Part shown: positions 11,074 through 24,500 of the stretch, in pieces | How positions within the stretch are numbered: position 1 is the stretch's first letter | How the letters are laid out: the number at the start of each line of letters is the position of its first letter | Source: Catajapyx aquilonaris | Taxonomy: Eukaryota | Assembly (NCBI GenBank): GCA_000934665.2 | Contig: KZ538175.1 | Location: forward strand, 1 to 64,000 | Length of the DNA: 64,000 nt | Reading direction: 5' to 3' | Made by a program: the position numbers and the translations under genes | Notes under the pieces: model-generated | Databases searched by the model: none | Seen by the model: the letters and a program-made list of their open reading frames with translations, nothing else | What the model was told of the DNA's origin: nothing

Positions 11074-14000
11074 CTGAAAGGGAAAATTAGATTTCAGTAA
11101 CACTACATCAAATAAAATTCTCGCACCTCATTTATTTTAAGAACTAACTAAATCCATTCTCCTGCACTTGACATGTTCACAAGCAAGGTTGATTTGAACT
11201 TGACTATACTGCTGGCAAAACTAAACTGAGGAACTATCAAGATATGTCCGCAAATCCAAGATTGGCCTTGGTCCAGTCAACTCATGACATTTGGGATAGG
11301 GGGTGGGGGAACTATATATTATAATTGCAATTGACCCTTATTTTGCAGGGTTGAGTTGGGCCCAGAGTCATCCCTGGTTAGGGAACAGAGTTGAGCCAGT
11401 GAAAGTGTGTTCCATAACTCTAGTACATGTAGGTGGTTCATTATTCGCTACCTGAAGTGTTCCTTCTTCTCTTTCACTCTCAGACCTTGAGCCATCTGAT
11501 GGTCTCGAGATCATCATAACGGCTCTGGAACCATCACCTCCTCTAGCTTTAAGAGAGGAATTTGGTGTGGTCCCTGCTCCAGAGCTGCCTTTCTTATAAG
11601 GGCTTGATGCGCCAGGAGGTCGTGCTGCAACTGATCATGTCACATTGAACCATCATGTCATGTGTATACAACATATAATATGTATCAAGCTTACCCATAT
11701 GTTTTGGCTGTGGAGTGGTTGGAGTTGACTGTGGTGGTGGGGCAGGAACACTGAAGCTCTTCAGGGGATGCCCCAGGGGCCTCTTCCCTATGCTACCAGT
11801 CTGTCCACCTTCAGGTGGAGGCCCTACAGGTGTTGTTGGCACTACTACTGCTGAACCACTGTCGAAAACAAATAACATCATGCCAAATTCATTTTTACAG
11901 CAATGCTTTTCAAAATTCTAGCACATATGTATGTTGTGGTAATCGTGGAAAATACTCATTAAAACAAGAAGAGACTGGTATGGCTAATTTGTAAGAATAA
12001 TCATCAACATAAATTATTTCTCTCTTACCTATACTGTGTTTGTTGGCCTGCATTAATAACACCTGATGTAGACATTCCCATGTGAAGCTGAGGGACTATG
12101 GTACCAACACCTGAAGTCCCCGCAACACTATCATACATTCCATGATTTCCATATGGATTTTCCGGTGATTGTGCTGGAATAAAATTTCTTACTGCCTTAC
12201 TAAACACCAGATATTAGTAGGGCTATTTGTTTATCAGCTGGTGTAGTGTACAAGGCAGTGTAATTATGCAAGTGTAACATTATCACAGTATAAGCTAGTG
12301 TATACAAAAGCCTTACACTGCTTACACTCCCTGGAACTCTCCAACCAGAATGTGTAACAGAGCTTACACCAAAATAAACAAATACAATGTAGCTAGGCAA
12401 TGCTCCTTGCTTCCCTTGCACTTGAATAAACAAATACAGTGTTTACACCTGCCAGTAAACAGATGGGCCTGCTGTATATCATGGCTATCACATAATATTG
12501 CAGAACTGGTCCACTCACCTGCATCAATAGTAACATGAGCCCGAGAAATATTGTACTGAGTTCGTGGATAAAGTGGGCGCCCAGCAGCATCTCGAGCATC
12601 TCCTGCTGGGTTCAGAGTGCCATTTGGAAGTGGTGTTGCTGTAGCTACAGCTGAAATCACAACATATTCTTTGTTAGCCAACATTTGTGAAATCTAAGGA
12701 GCTTCCTTGTGCTATAAATATGTGCCAGACTTAGCTAATTACATGTTTTTGACTAGGTAGCTGAAGTGAGTTGTGCTTGCCATTTCATTAAAAATTGCAA
12801 CAACAGGATAATCCACACTCAGAATCCCAAACGCTCTCATGATTTGATATTTATTATAAATAAGGCCTGGATTTGTAAATAATCTGAATTAAATATCTGC
12901 CTATGATGCAGTTGGGCCTTTTAGTTCAGACCACCAGATATTTCTCCTGTTGTCTCTTCATACTTACGCTCTCTCATATGTTGCGTATCCACTGGTATCA
13001 TAATTGGCTTGGGCTTGACAGCCTTTCGAAGTGTTGCTTTGTCATCAGACTGAGAGCCACTAGGGTCTAAGAAGAAGGAGCAATGAAACAGAAGTAACTA
13101 AAATCAGAAGCAGGTAAACAAGCAACATGTTGGCCTGTGCAACCATGTAAATGCAAATTTATCGGTGACTTGTTTTTTTCAACTTGCAGACAACATGCAT
13201 AATGTAAATGCAATTATGTACTGTAAGATCACCCAAACAGCACAGAGAAACATAACATGCAAACATGTTTGGATAAAGCCCATATCTGTTGCTGATTATC
13301 CAGTAGTGTTTCATGATCAATTTATCCCTTAATATACTTTATACATCTTCATGATAGGCAACCCATGAGACACTATTGGCCATATTATTTTCTTGCCAAG
13401 GGTAAGTGCTGCACAACAATTTACATAGGTATACTGAAATTTTAACACAAAATACTTGCAAGGGACTAAATAATTATGATACAAATTGAGCTAACATGCT
13501 TTAACCAACACCATAATTTTACCAATGTATGATGACATATAAGTGCGTTTATCCAGAGAACTTCCTCCAGGATGAAATTTCTCTTCAGAATCAAACTCTC
13601 TAGAATTCCGTGGCACTGGGGAGACTGACAGTGTGGTGTCAGAGTTGTGAGATGACTTCTCCAGTGCTTTCAATTCCATCTGGTCATGGTGAATCCATAA
13701 ATCTGGAGGCTTGATATCCAACTTTCCTGGCTTTCCTTTCATATTACCTTTCATATACCTGACAATGACACGTAACCATTAAATAAAATTAATTGTGTGG
13801 ACTGCTATTGACTAGGTTATATGCATTAGTAATCATGTTAATAAAAATAATGAACTTCTGGACAGTAAATGTAAGCTATTTCTGATTCATTATTAATTGC
13901 CTCTTTCTACTCTAGACAAAAGTGCAAATCATTTCAAAGCTCATTTTACATACCCCTTTTTGCTACGATCTTGCGAATGAGACTTTCGCCTACATATTAG

Positions 14001-17000
14001 AAGTATGCCTCCTATGAGTAAAATTCCAACAATTGCAGCAGCACAACCAAGAATGATGTACAGCACTGTGTTGGTAATTCCTCGAGAATCTGAAAAATTA
14101 AAGCGCTGTAATTAACTGCCCCAATGCATGTAGAGAGTGAGGAATCTTTAGAGCTTTAGATTATCATCATCTACAGAAAAGTAAAGCTAGAAAAATGCAT
14201 GTGTACTATGCAATATATGAAAAAGAAATGGAAGCTCAACCTTACCCCTTGCAGCCTCGCCATTTTCTAGCACAATTGCACTTGTCCCTATCAACCAAAA
14301 ATAAACATAAACATAAACAGTGATTCAAACACAAAGTAACATAAAACATGCAGCAGAAATTAATAAAATTATACTGAAATGTCCTATTCCTGCATAAGTT
14401 TCACAAATATGATTTCTGTTCATTATTATGATTTTGGGAGAGGGGAGCATGACTGACTGCACGAAGAAATGGAAGCAAGCATATTATGTGCTCTATCATA
14501 TAACACCTTGCATCTTAAACTGTTGACATGATTACTGAAGCCACATTTCATGAACAAAGGCTAGATGCAATTGGTTATTGTTCCACCTCCATGTATGATA
14601 CAGTAACCTATTCAGTCCAGGAAGGCCCTTTTGTAATCAGCAAGGTCGAGACTGCAGAATGGGCAGTGCCAAAGGGGGGTACCTCTGGTAGCTTGCCCTT
14701 TTGATTAGACCACTCTCACTATTCGAAAATTATAACCACTCTGAATGATCGATTTTAAATGTATGCCCATGTCATCCACTATGCTGAATTCAAATATGCT
14801 CTCATAAATCATGAAATTCCATTATTTATGGAATTAAATTCTGCAGGTAATAAAAGCCAATGATGACTCATCTGCTTATTGCCTAATGAGTGAGTAACAA
14901 GCTTGCCTATCTTATTCGAGTTTCCAAATGTGACATACATAATTATGCTAGGATACAGCTTGATATATGAATTTTGACCTTATTTCTGAATCACACAGAT
15001 GACCTAGAATCCTAGACTGAAAAGGTTAATGCACCTTTGTGCAGTCACTTCCATAACTGGAATTGAGCTTAGGTATATTCGTATATACAGGGTGAATATG
15101 AATTCATTTGCCAAAATGACACAGGTAGTCGGAGGTGTGTATGGAAGAACCATGGCATGGGTCCGAAAGTCTGGCGACAATTCCTTTTGGAGATGTTGAC
15201 CTTTGACATCGATGGTGTCTCGCCAGACTTTCCATACACACCTCCTACTACCCGTATCATTTAGGCAAATGTATAAGAAGATTTCTGATAACATTAGGAT
15301 AACAATAATTGATGGACAAATAATTTTTTCCCGAAAAAAGGGATATTAACATGATGAGGTAATGACATGTGGAAAGGTGTCCAAAGTGTCCATATGAGGC
15401 AAATAGCCTACATAGCTTCCTACAAGGGGTTATTTGCATTTTACATACACAGACTACTGGACTGGACTACCCCGGACTACCCTCGGACTACCCACGAAGG
15501 TGTACATGGACTACCCTGAGTGAATAACCTCTTGGCTTCCTAAGCTGGGGCAGTTCAAGGATTTCCCTCATGACAGAAAACAATGGCATCATTTCATATA
15601 CTTTCAACTGTAAGAATTCCACAGGTCCCTTACTAACATGAAATGTGGTAAGAATGTCAGAGAATGAATAAAAAATTAATTAAATCAATCAACAGAATAT
15701 ACAAATAAAGAAATAATTAGGCTGCCGTACCACTTGTGAAGTACAATATCAAAGCAACTTGCCTGCTCCAGTTGTAAAAACTACTGTCTGTGACAATGGT
15801 CCATATCCCTTATTATTCCGTGCTTGTATTTTAAAATAGTATGTAGTGGAAGGTGTCAGGCCTCGTATTGTTGTTGTCATTGTATCTCCAACGACACCTT
15901 CCACAACCCACTCTCGATCCTTCTGGGTACTGTCAGTGGTATAAAATATAACATAACCTGTGAAAGACAAAGTTATAGTTATGCCTCGTTAGTCAGCCTA
16001 AAATTGATTGTGCATACTCCAGAAAAAAAACCACGACATATTTTGTTGCTTTCAATATATTTGGAGACTTACAATTCAGAAAGATCAGATTCACATTGGA
16101 ATTATTATAAATAAGGGGTGTGGTGGAAAAAGGTGATAACCCTAATTTTGTTTCCTACCTAAGTATATCTAGCAACTATGTAAAAGACATGACAAACAGT
16201 TTGGCATACTCCAAGTTCATGTATCATGCACGAGACAGTCACACAGACTAGATCAAAACCAGCATTCCCTATGGTTTGTGAAGAGAGTGCAAACTTCAAT
16301 TGGCTCTCCTGAAAAATTACACTTTTGTGGGTTTTCACCTTTTCCCACCACATTCCTCGAATAGCCTACAGTATACAAGACTAGGGCCATGCTTTATTTC
16401 TTCTCCATTTTTTCTGGACAGAGAGAGCTGAAGGTATGGGTATATCACACCAATGTTACATAATCTCATGTGTGTCCATGACCTTGCTCGTCAAAAAGTA
16501 CCCCTAGTGAACCCTCTTGACATCTCTCTATATTGATTTGCATTGAGAACAAACAAATAGACATCCACAAAATAATACAGGATATTCCAAGTATGAGGCG
16601 TCGCTTAAATAGTTTATCAATAGTATCACCCAAAGAATACTTTTGTGTACATTGTTGTGCCCCGATCCAGGTGCCCTATTATATAGCAAATGCTATATAC
16701 AACGACACCTAGGAATAATAGGGCGCCTGGATCGGGGCGCAACAAGCTATCCAAAAATAATTACTTTGTGTAGAGGGAGGCGGAGTGGCGCTGTGGTAAT
16801 GTATGCGCCCATGGATGTTACGGTCCTGGGTTCGATCCCAGCCCGGAGACACCCCCTTCATCTCGTGCAGAGTTGGGTCGTCTCTGGCTTCGTCTTGGGT
16901 GGTATATCCGCTAGACATGTCCACCCCGGGGAGTTCATAAATTATGTACCATCTTGGAAACTTTGCACTGCACATTGCACATCCCCTCCTGTCATCCTGC

Positions 17001-18472
17001 CCATGGGCCCGGGCGATTCAAATGAATAGGCACCAAAATGTAACACCGAGCAATAAAAAATTCAGAAAGGTGAAAGTGCTTGTACCCAAGGGGTCAGAAG
17101 CACTACCCACAATTATTATTATTATTATTATTAATATTATTATTAAAATAATTACTTTGTGTGATACTAGCAATAAACTATAAACGACCCTCATACTTGG
17201 AAGACCCTGCATATATTAGATGTGGCAAACATAACAGCTCACAAGTTGCAAGAAACATCACAAAGAGATTAGATGCCATCATGTCTTATTGAGTGTCATG
17301 CCAAAGCCTTCAACCAACCTGTTATTAATCCATTTGGTTGTTTTGGGGGTTGCCAATTGAGACTGATTGTAGTGGGCACATCTTCCATTGGCACAACAGT
17401 CAGGTCACGAGGAGCTGTTGAAGGAGCTGCTTCTTGAGTTGTGTTCATTACTACCAGGCTCCATGGACTTTCACGACGTCCCTAAAAATGAAATGTTTCT
17501 CTAGTTTAATGATCCATATCTACATATTGTATGCAACTCACCTTTACAACTTTTACAGTAAACTCATACTGTGTATTAGGCTTGAGATCATCTATCATGC
17601 AGTTAAGATCAGTTGCATTAAAGTACTTGTATCTAGGATTCAGAGCTCGTAGAGAAGAAGTGTAGCGTACTACATAGTGCCTACTATCAGTGATGAGCTG
17701 AAAATAAACCAAATCCCAATGAGCATAGCGATGGCACTAAGAAGATTAGTAAAAACTCACTTGATTCCTTGGTAGAGTGGTGTCAGTCCAATATAAAACA
17801 ACTGTACTTGATGACAAAACAATTGCCTTTACACCCACTGGAGGAATGAGAGGAGTCAAGGGTTCAGGTGTAGTTTCCTCTTTTGTCCTCACTGTTTCAT
17901 AAATTGGTCTTCCATCGCCCATTTGGTTGAATGCTCGCAAACTGATGACATATTCTGAATCAGCCTCTGTAAACATGAAATTTATTAGTAAGATAGATGA
18001 TCACTTTTCTCTTTTCCCACTGAAAATGTGTACCAGCACTCACCCAGATCGTCCACCACATAATAACGCTGCTTCCCATCCACTAACTTGGAGTACACAT
18101 CTGGTATACCTTTTCCCCATCCAATAGTGTAACCCCTTACCATGATGTTCTGATTTTTGGGAGGGATCCAATATAAGGTAATAGAATCCGTCATTGATCG
18201 CACTGAAAGCATTAACCACAGATAAAACCACTATGCTACCACTTCAAGACATTAAGGACCCTAATTTGGACAACAGAAGTAACCCAATACCTCGTCTCCA
18301 CCAGGGCAGGATCTAGATCCACACTGATGCACATCACCCTTGATTCAGATGAGGCTACTCACCGTGTTTCCACTATGATCACGAAAAGGTTACCAGATGA
18401 ATGGAAGGAAAATTGTAATGTCAATATTGTTTATTTGTAAAACTATATTTCTTTGACACATATTTATCTTCA

Positions 18473-18544
<72 letters not shown>

Positions 18545-21500
18545 TATATATGATATATGTGATGACCCTTACGGGTCTATAAGGGAGTGGAACACCACCA
18601 GTTTTCATTCCAATTTTCTGTATTTTTCTTCAAGGTGCAGGGAAACAAGGACATTGGGTAAGGATAGGGATTTTCGGGGAGGGGACACGGTTGCAGGTGC
18701 AATGTCTCAACTTTGGGCCATGTGCAGTCCCCCAGGAGGTTAGGTTGCCAGACACCTCCAAGGCACGGGTCAGAGATGCAGGTGAAAGGGAACTCCCAGG
18801 CGGGGATAGAACCTGGGACCTTTCACTCAGCAAGTCGAGACGTTATCATCTCAGCCACTGCATCTCCCCGATTGATCTTGAATTAATGACAATCCACTGC
18901 ATACTTAAATCGTGATTTGAAAGTACCCAATTTTCATATGGCAACACCACCATTTATGGACAGCACAGCCTCCTGTCACTCCTACGATATGGTAGTTTAA
19001 TATATAAGTCTCGAACCACCCGGGGGAGCTCACAAAATGACCATAGCAACGACATTGCACTTGCACACTGTACATCCCCTCCCAGTCACCGTGCCTTGGA
19101 CCAGGGCTCTTTGTTGACCAAACTAATGTACTATCTTGGCAAATAAAGGTCCATGCCGAAACCTCAGATTATTAATATATAAGTCTCCGACAGACCTGGA
19201 ATTTGGCGCTGGTGCGCCCCTACAGGAATCTACCACTGCCAGCCACTCGAAATCTAGTCTGAGGAAAGGATGGTTTGGGTTGGATCCGAAGGCGGACAAC
19301 CCAAACTGACACATCCCCCCCCCCCNNNNNNNNNNNNNNNNNNNNNNNNNNNNNNNNNNNNNNNNNNNNNNNNNNNNNNNNNNNNNNNNNNNNNNNNNNN
19401 NNNNNNNNNNNNNNNNNNNNNNNNNNNNNNNNNNNNNNNNNNNNNNNNNNNNNNNNNNNNNNNNNNNNNNNNNNNNNNNNNGTGGAGGGGAGGCTTGTCG
19501 AAGGCCGGGTGCAGACGGGGCAACTTGTTTCCTGCCCAGAGCACCAACTAACAGGCTACTTAGGCCCACCGCAAATCTGGGGATTCGGGAGGGACAAGTT
19601 GCCCGTGAATCCACCTGGGAAAGCACACAGCGCATGCGCCAGGAGCACATCCAGATGTCTTACATGCTTCTTGGGGGAAGCCTGAATGCTCAGGCAGGAG
19701 CCAGGCAACATGCTACTCCCATATTCCCCTGTTTGCACCCGGCCTAACCCTGTTCCTGAACAGTGTCAGTACTTGTTGCTCATACCCGGATCGCCCCTGT
19801 GAGGGCTCACAGGGGCGATCCGGATCATGAGCTCTAGTGGAGACAAGGTATAACTGTGGGGTAATTACCACGATTACATATCTAAAATGCTAAATGTAAA
19901 CAAAGTTACTCTAGGGATAAGTTACTGCTGCTGTCCACACAAGGTCACTACCATACAAGTACTGTAATACAGTACCTTTCAAATAATTTGGTGGATCTGG
20001 CACTTGGCTTTCATCAAGATCATTTTCATATGTCTCCACTGCTTGCCACTCAGTCATAGGGCCAGATCCATTCACTGTGAGCGCAGAAACTCGAATCTGA
20101 TACTCAGATCCTCGATCAAGCCCAATCACAGCAAATAGACGACGATTTCCATCTGTAGTCACAGTGTCACCCTTCCGAGGACTTTTCTTTCTATAACGTA
20201 TTTTGTATCCAGTAATGATGCCATTCTGATGCTCCTTTGGAGGAGGTTCCCATCGCACAATAATGCTCTGTAAAACGTAAAATATCAGTAGCACCATTCA
20301 TCGTACATCCTAAATCTGCAAGCTTACAGTTGAGCTGGCAGCTTCCAGGGTCACATTCTGAGGAGTATCACTAGGCACTTCTGAGAAGGTGCGCACTGTC
20401 ACCTCTTCTGTACTGGCTCCAGGACCATTGTGATTGTCTGCCACAACCCATACACTATATTCAGTGAACTCTTCTAGTTCAGTCAACAGGTACGATGTCT
20501 CTGTAGTCGTCACTTCATGCTCTTCTGCCGATTCTCCCTGCAGTAGGAAAGAGTTTGATCAAAGTACCACAAACCATGCGACAATTTATACAGTAATGAT
20601 ATTCTCATTAGATCACTATAGTTACCTGCATGTAGTACATTTTGTATTGTTTTATTTCACCATTAGGTTGTTCAGGAGGATCCCAATGAACTGAAATGGA
20701 TGTGGATGACTCTGCTGTAGCTTTCAAATTTAATGGAGGACTAGGCACGTGTACTTCTGGCTGCGTTTCAACTACAATTTCTTCTGAACTAGAACCTGGA
20801 CCATGTTGGTTGTATGCCACGACTCGGAAATGATATGTCTTGGCTGGAGTGAGTCCTTGAATGTTCACTTCTTCTAATCGGGATCGACTTGTATTCACTA
20901 CACGTTCCCTGTTGCATGAAAACATTGTAATGTGTGCACAAATATGACATCATCACTACATACCTCTGTGAATCTTCTTGTCGGTAATAAACTGAGTTGG
21001 CAATTATGGGACCATTAGTCTTTTCTGGCTCCCTCCAGCTCAGTGTCACAAACCGCGTGGATACAATTACTGCAGCCAGGTTTCGAGGAGCAGATGGGAT
21101 GTCCTTCTCAAGTGTGGCTTCTCCTGATGGGTCCATGGAGGGAATGGTTACTTGGGATGTGGGCAAAGGATGATCTTAAGTACATGCAAGTGCAAAGGGT
21201 TTCATGCGTGACAAATATGCATCCATGATAGGAATGGTAAGAAAAAAAAGGAGGGAGAGGGAAAAAATTACTGAAGTGAAACTCATGCAAGAACTGTTAC
21301 AATAAAAATAAACTAATATTTGCTATGTTTATATATAACTAGTGCCATTAAAATAATAATTCCCAAGGGACCTAACCAGGTACATGGCCATTTTTACTAA
21401 ATATGAATCAGATCAATAATGAATTTTATTATTAAGACTAGGTTACCCCTTGGTAGTCTTGTGGTCTTTTAGGGGATCCTCTTTTAGTAGTTTGATTCAA

Positions 21501-24500
21501 TTCATGGCCTGCACTGTAGATAGATTTTGATTGTGGAAGAAACAGGGGAACCCCACAAAATTGGAAAGAACTCATTGAAACTCTTTCCACATTATGAATT
21601 CCTCTGTCCGATCAAGGGATCTAACTTGCGACCTCAGAAGTGGAAGGCTGTAGCAGTAACTACTACACCATCATTCCGTGATGATCATTAATTAATTCCT
21701 AAGCAGGTTTTGAGTCCATTATATGAGGGTTGGATAAAAAGTAGTGGCAACCCTGTTCCTCTGGCGCACAGAAATGGGGCTGAGGCTTCTGCGCGAGAAG
21801 GGAGATCCAGACAGAGGTGAGGCTTGTTCATGTCAAGTTTGGACCCGATTGTGCTACTGGTGACAGTGACAGGGTAGTTCAAAAGGACCTCATCCTCGTG
21901 CACCACCCTAAGCCATGCCATCGAAGTTAGAACAGAGCTTTTGGTTGAAGATAGAGGTGGCGAGATTCCATGACAATGCCCAGTACTACCACGACTTGGA
22001 ACACCATATGAGACCAGCGATACGACACAAGCCTGAACACGAATTTCCTGAACACCAGCCCCATGACCAGCCCTATCTTGTTGCCATGTCCCAGCTGCAG
22101 TGAGAGAATGATTGCTTCGTTGACAATGGGAAACACTGCAGCAGTCCAATTGCTTTTGACACATTTACCTGGTAGGCTACTTAAGAAATTAAGGCAAAAA
22201 TGGGTACAAAATCAATTCACAGATAAACAAAGAACGTGATTTAAAAATAATTAAGTAAGCAAATATCAAACTACAGACACTCACAACTGCACACAACAAA
22301 ATCAATTATTCATAACAATCACAGCATAAGCACTGTACCACAATTCTCATTGCCATATGCATGATCTGGCAATTGTGTATATTAGTCGTACCTTACATCA
22401 AAGAATCTCTTCCATGATTGATTTTGCAGTGACCCATGATAATTTTAATTATGGTATTAAATGAAAAAGCAAAACTTAGTTTTTTTCCTTCTTAGATCCC
22501 CAATTGATAAAGGACATGGGATGCATCATATGCGAAAAGTAGACCCAGTTGGATTCGGCTGAAACGTGGTCAGTTAATACATCTCGACCTCAGGGTCAAT
22601 TGTTCTGAAGCCGAAGAAAATCTACCATGCCGGTTGGCCACTAGAGGTGCTCAAAGTCGGACTTTTAGGTGGCTCCTATTGGGCTCATTTTCACATATGT
22701 TGTACAGTTTCACGAGCTGAGTCAAATGAGCCATGTGGAGATTTTCTGTGACAAACCATTTGGGAGTTCTTGTTATGTCTCACTTATAATCCCACTGCAA
22801 GGTCCGTTGACAAGGTCCAATGTTGAACACGAATACACGATTGTGAGTCTAGTGGCCAAATGGTTTGTCACAGAAAATCAACATATGGCTCATTCGACTC
22901 AGCTCATGAAACTGTACAACATAGGTGAAAATGATCCGGCCAGGAGCCACTTGAAAGTCCGACTTTGAGCACCTCTAGCGGCCAAACGGCACGGTAAATT
23001 TTCTTTGGCCTTCAGAACAATATATTGACCATGAGGTCTACATGTATCAACTGACCAAGTTTCAGCCAAATCCAACTGGCTCAACTTTTCCCATATGATG
23101 CATCCCATGTCCTTTGGATTTGAAAACTATCCTTTTCAAACTTGAAATAGCCTCAGAATGTGTTCGGATAATTTTAAAATCTTCATTAATTTTTTCACAA
23201 AAATGAGAGAACATGAGTAATTTTTAAAGGATTGCAAGTTGTCCACTGAAATTGCTATCAATGGAGTTAATTGTGTCAATTATTATTATTATTGGTGCTA
23301 TAGAATTGCCCAATTTTAAGGGTTGCCACATTGAGTAATCATGATAATTTGTTTTCAAATCCAGATTCTTCAGTTGGGGAATTAATTACAGCATACATAA
23401 TCTAAATTTCACTTTTCACCCAATTTTATTAGGAACAACATACTGTAGGCTAAAAATTGTCATGGATCACTGCAAAATAAATCCTGGAAAGGGTCCTTTC
23501 AGCAACCATTGATTTGGACACTGGGTCAATATATTATGTTCCCAGACTGACTGTGAGTATAAAATTCCTGTTGGTCATTGGCAAAAGTGCAAAATAAAAT
23601 TATTATTTCATTTTGACTTTTATACTTTGCTTCTGGTACAGTGTAGGCAATTTATAGTGAACCATCATATGTTTTTTGACTGGTGGTAAGTAAATGCCTT
23701 GGTGATCACATTGATGGTGCCTACTGAGTAATCATAATGACTGAGCATTTTTTTGTCCAGTTGACAACATTCATAATTACAGGAGTGATGGGAAAGGTAT
23801 AGCTGCTCTTTTTTCTAGCATTCTCTAATAATAATGTGCACACCATCCTTGCCCAAGATGCCAAAAAATAATTCATTTTCCTACTCACAAGGGAAGTGTA
23901 AGTGTTGTAAATGGAGTTGCTGAATGAAACTTGGCACAATAATATAGGCAGGTAAGTTATTAAAGAAAATGCAAACAATTTATGCAGAACCATACAAGGT
24001 CAAAAGTTATGACCTCTCGAACTCACAAGGGACACTTTCCAAGGTCTCACCGATTTTCTTGAGATTCAGCACATTGGTAGCCCACCCCAAGGGATGAAAA
24101 ACCCACCTAAAGTGACCTGCTCAAAATCACCCGGTGACCCTTTTTTGGGGGCTACCAATGCACAGTATTTCAAGACAATCGGTGAGTTTTTGGCATTTAC
24201 GAGTTGACCTCTGCCCCCCAAAAAGGGGTCACTGGGTCATTTTGAGCTGGTCACTTTAGGTGCGATTTTCATCCCTTGGGGTGGGCTACCAATGTACCGA
24301 ATTTCAATAAAATCTGTGAGACCTTGGAAAGTGTCCCTGGTGATTTCGAGAGGTCATAAGTACCTTGTATGGTTCCGCATAAATTGTTTGCATTTTGCTT
24401 AATAACTTACCTGCCTATATTATCGTGCCAAGGGGAGGCGGAGTGGTGCTGCGGTAACGTATGCGCCCACGGATGTTAAGGTCCCGGGTTCGTGCAGAGT

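Larger units (their letters stand above)
18996..19837 (+). mobile_element. Probable non-autonomous Helitron containing a SINE fragment and an assembly gap
   Basis: Perfect 18-bp hairpin at 19786-19823, 10-nt spacer, then CTAG|T; 5' end approximate. Confidence 0.6.

Noticed and set aside
12305..12365. Extra cytoplasmic micro-exon suggested by two GTAAG donors
   Set aside because: No acceptor/donor pair preserves the required phase 1-1.
18453..18743. Poly-Leu/Ile/Asn ORFs (also 1404, 17018, 36537 and 36626)
   Set aside because: These are translations of (AAT/ATT)n microsatellites and SINE tails.
21688..22164. 158-aa ORF with a good phase-1 acceptor, as a possible Drosophila-like long Ig4-FN1 insert exon
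   Set aside because: It is antisense to a mariner remnant, is Cys-rich unlike a linker, and runs to a stop without a convincing donor.
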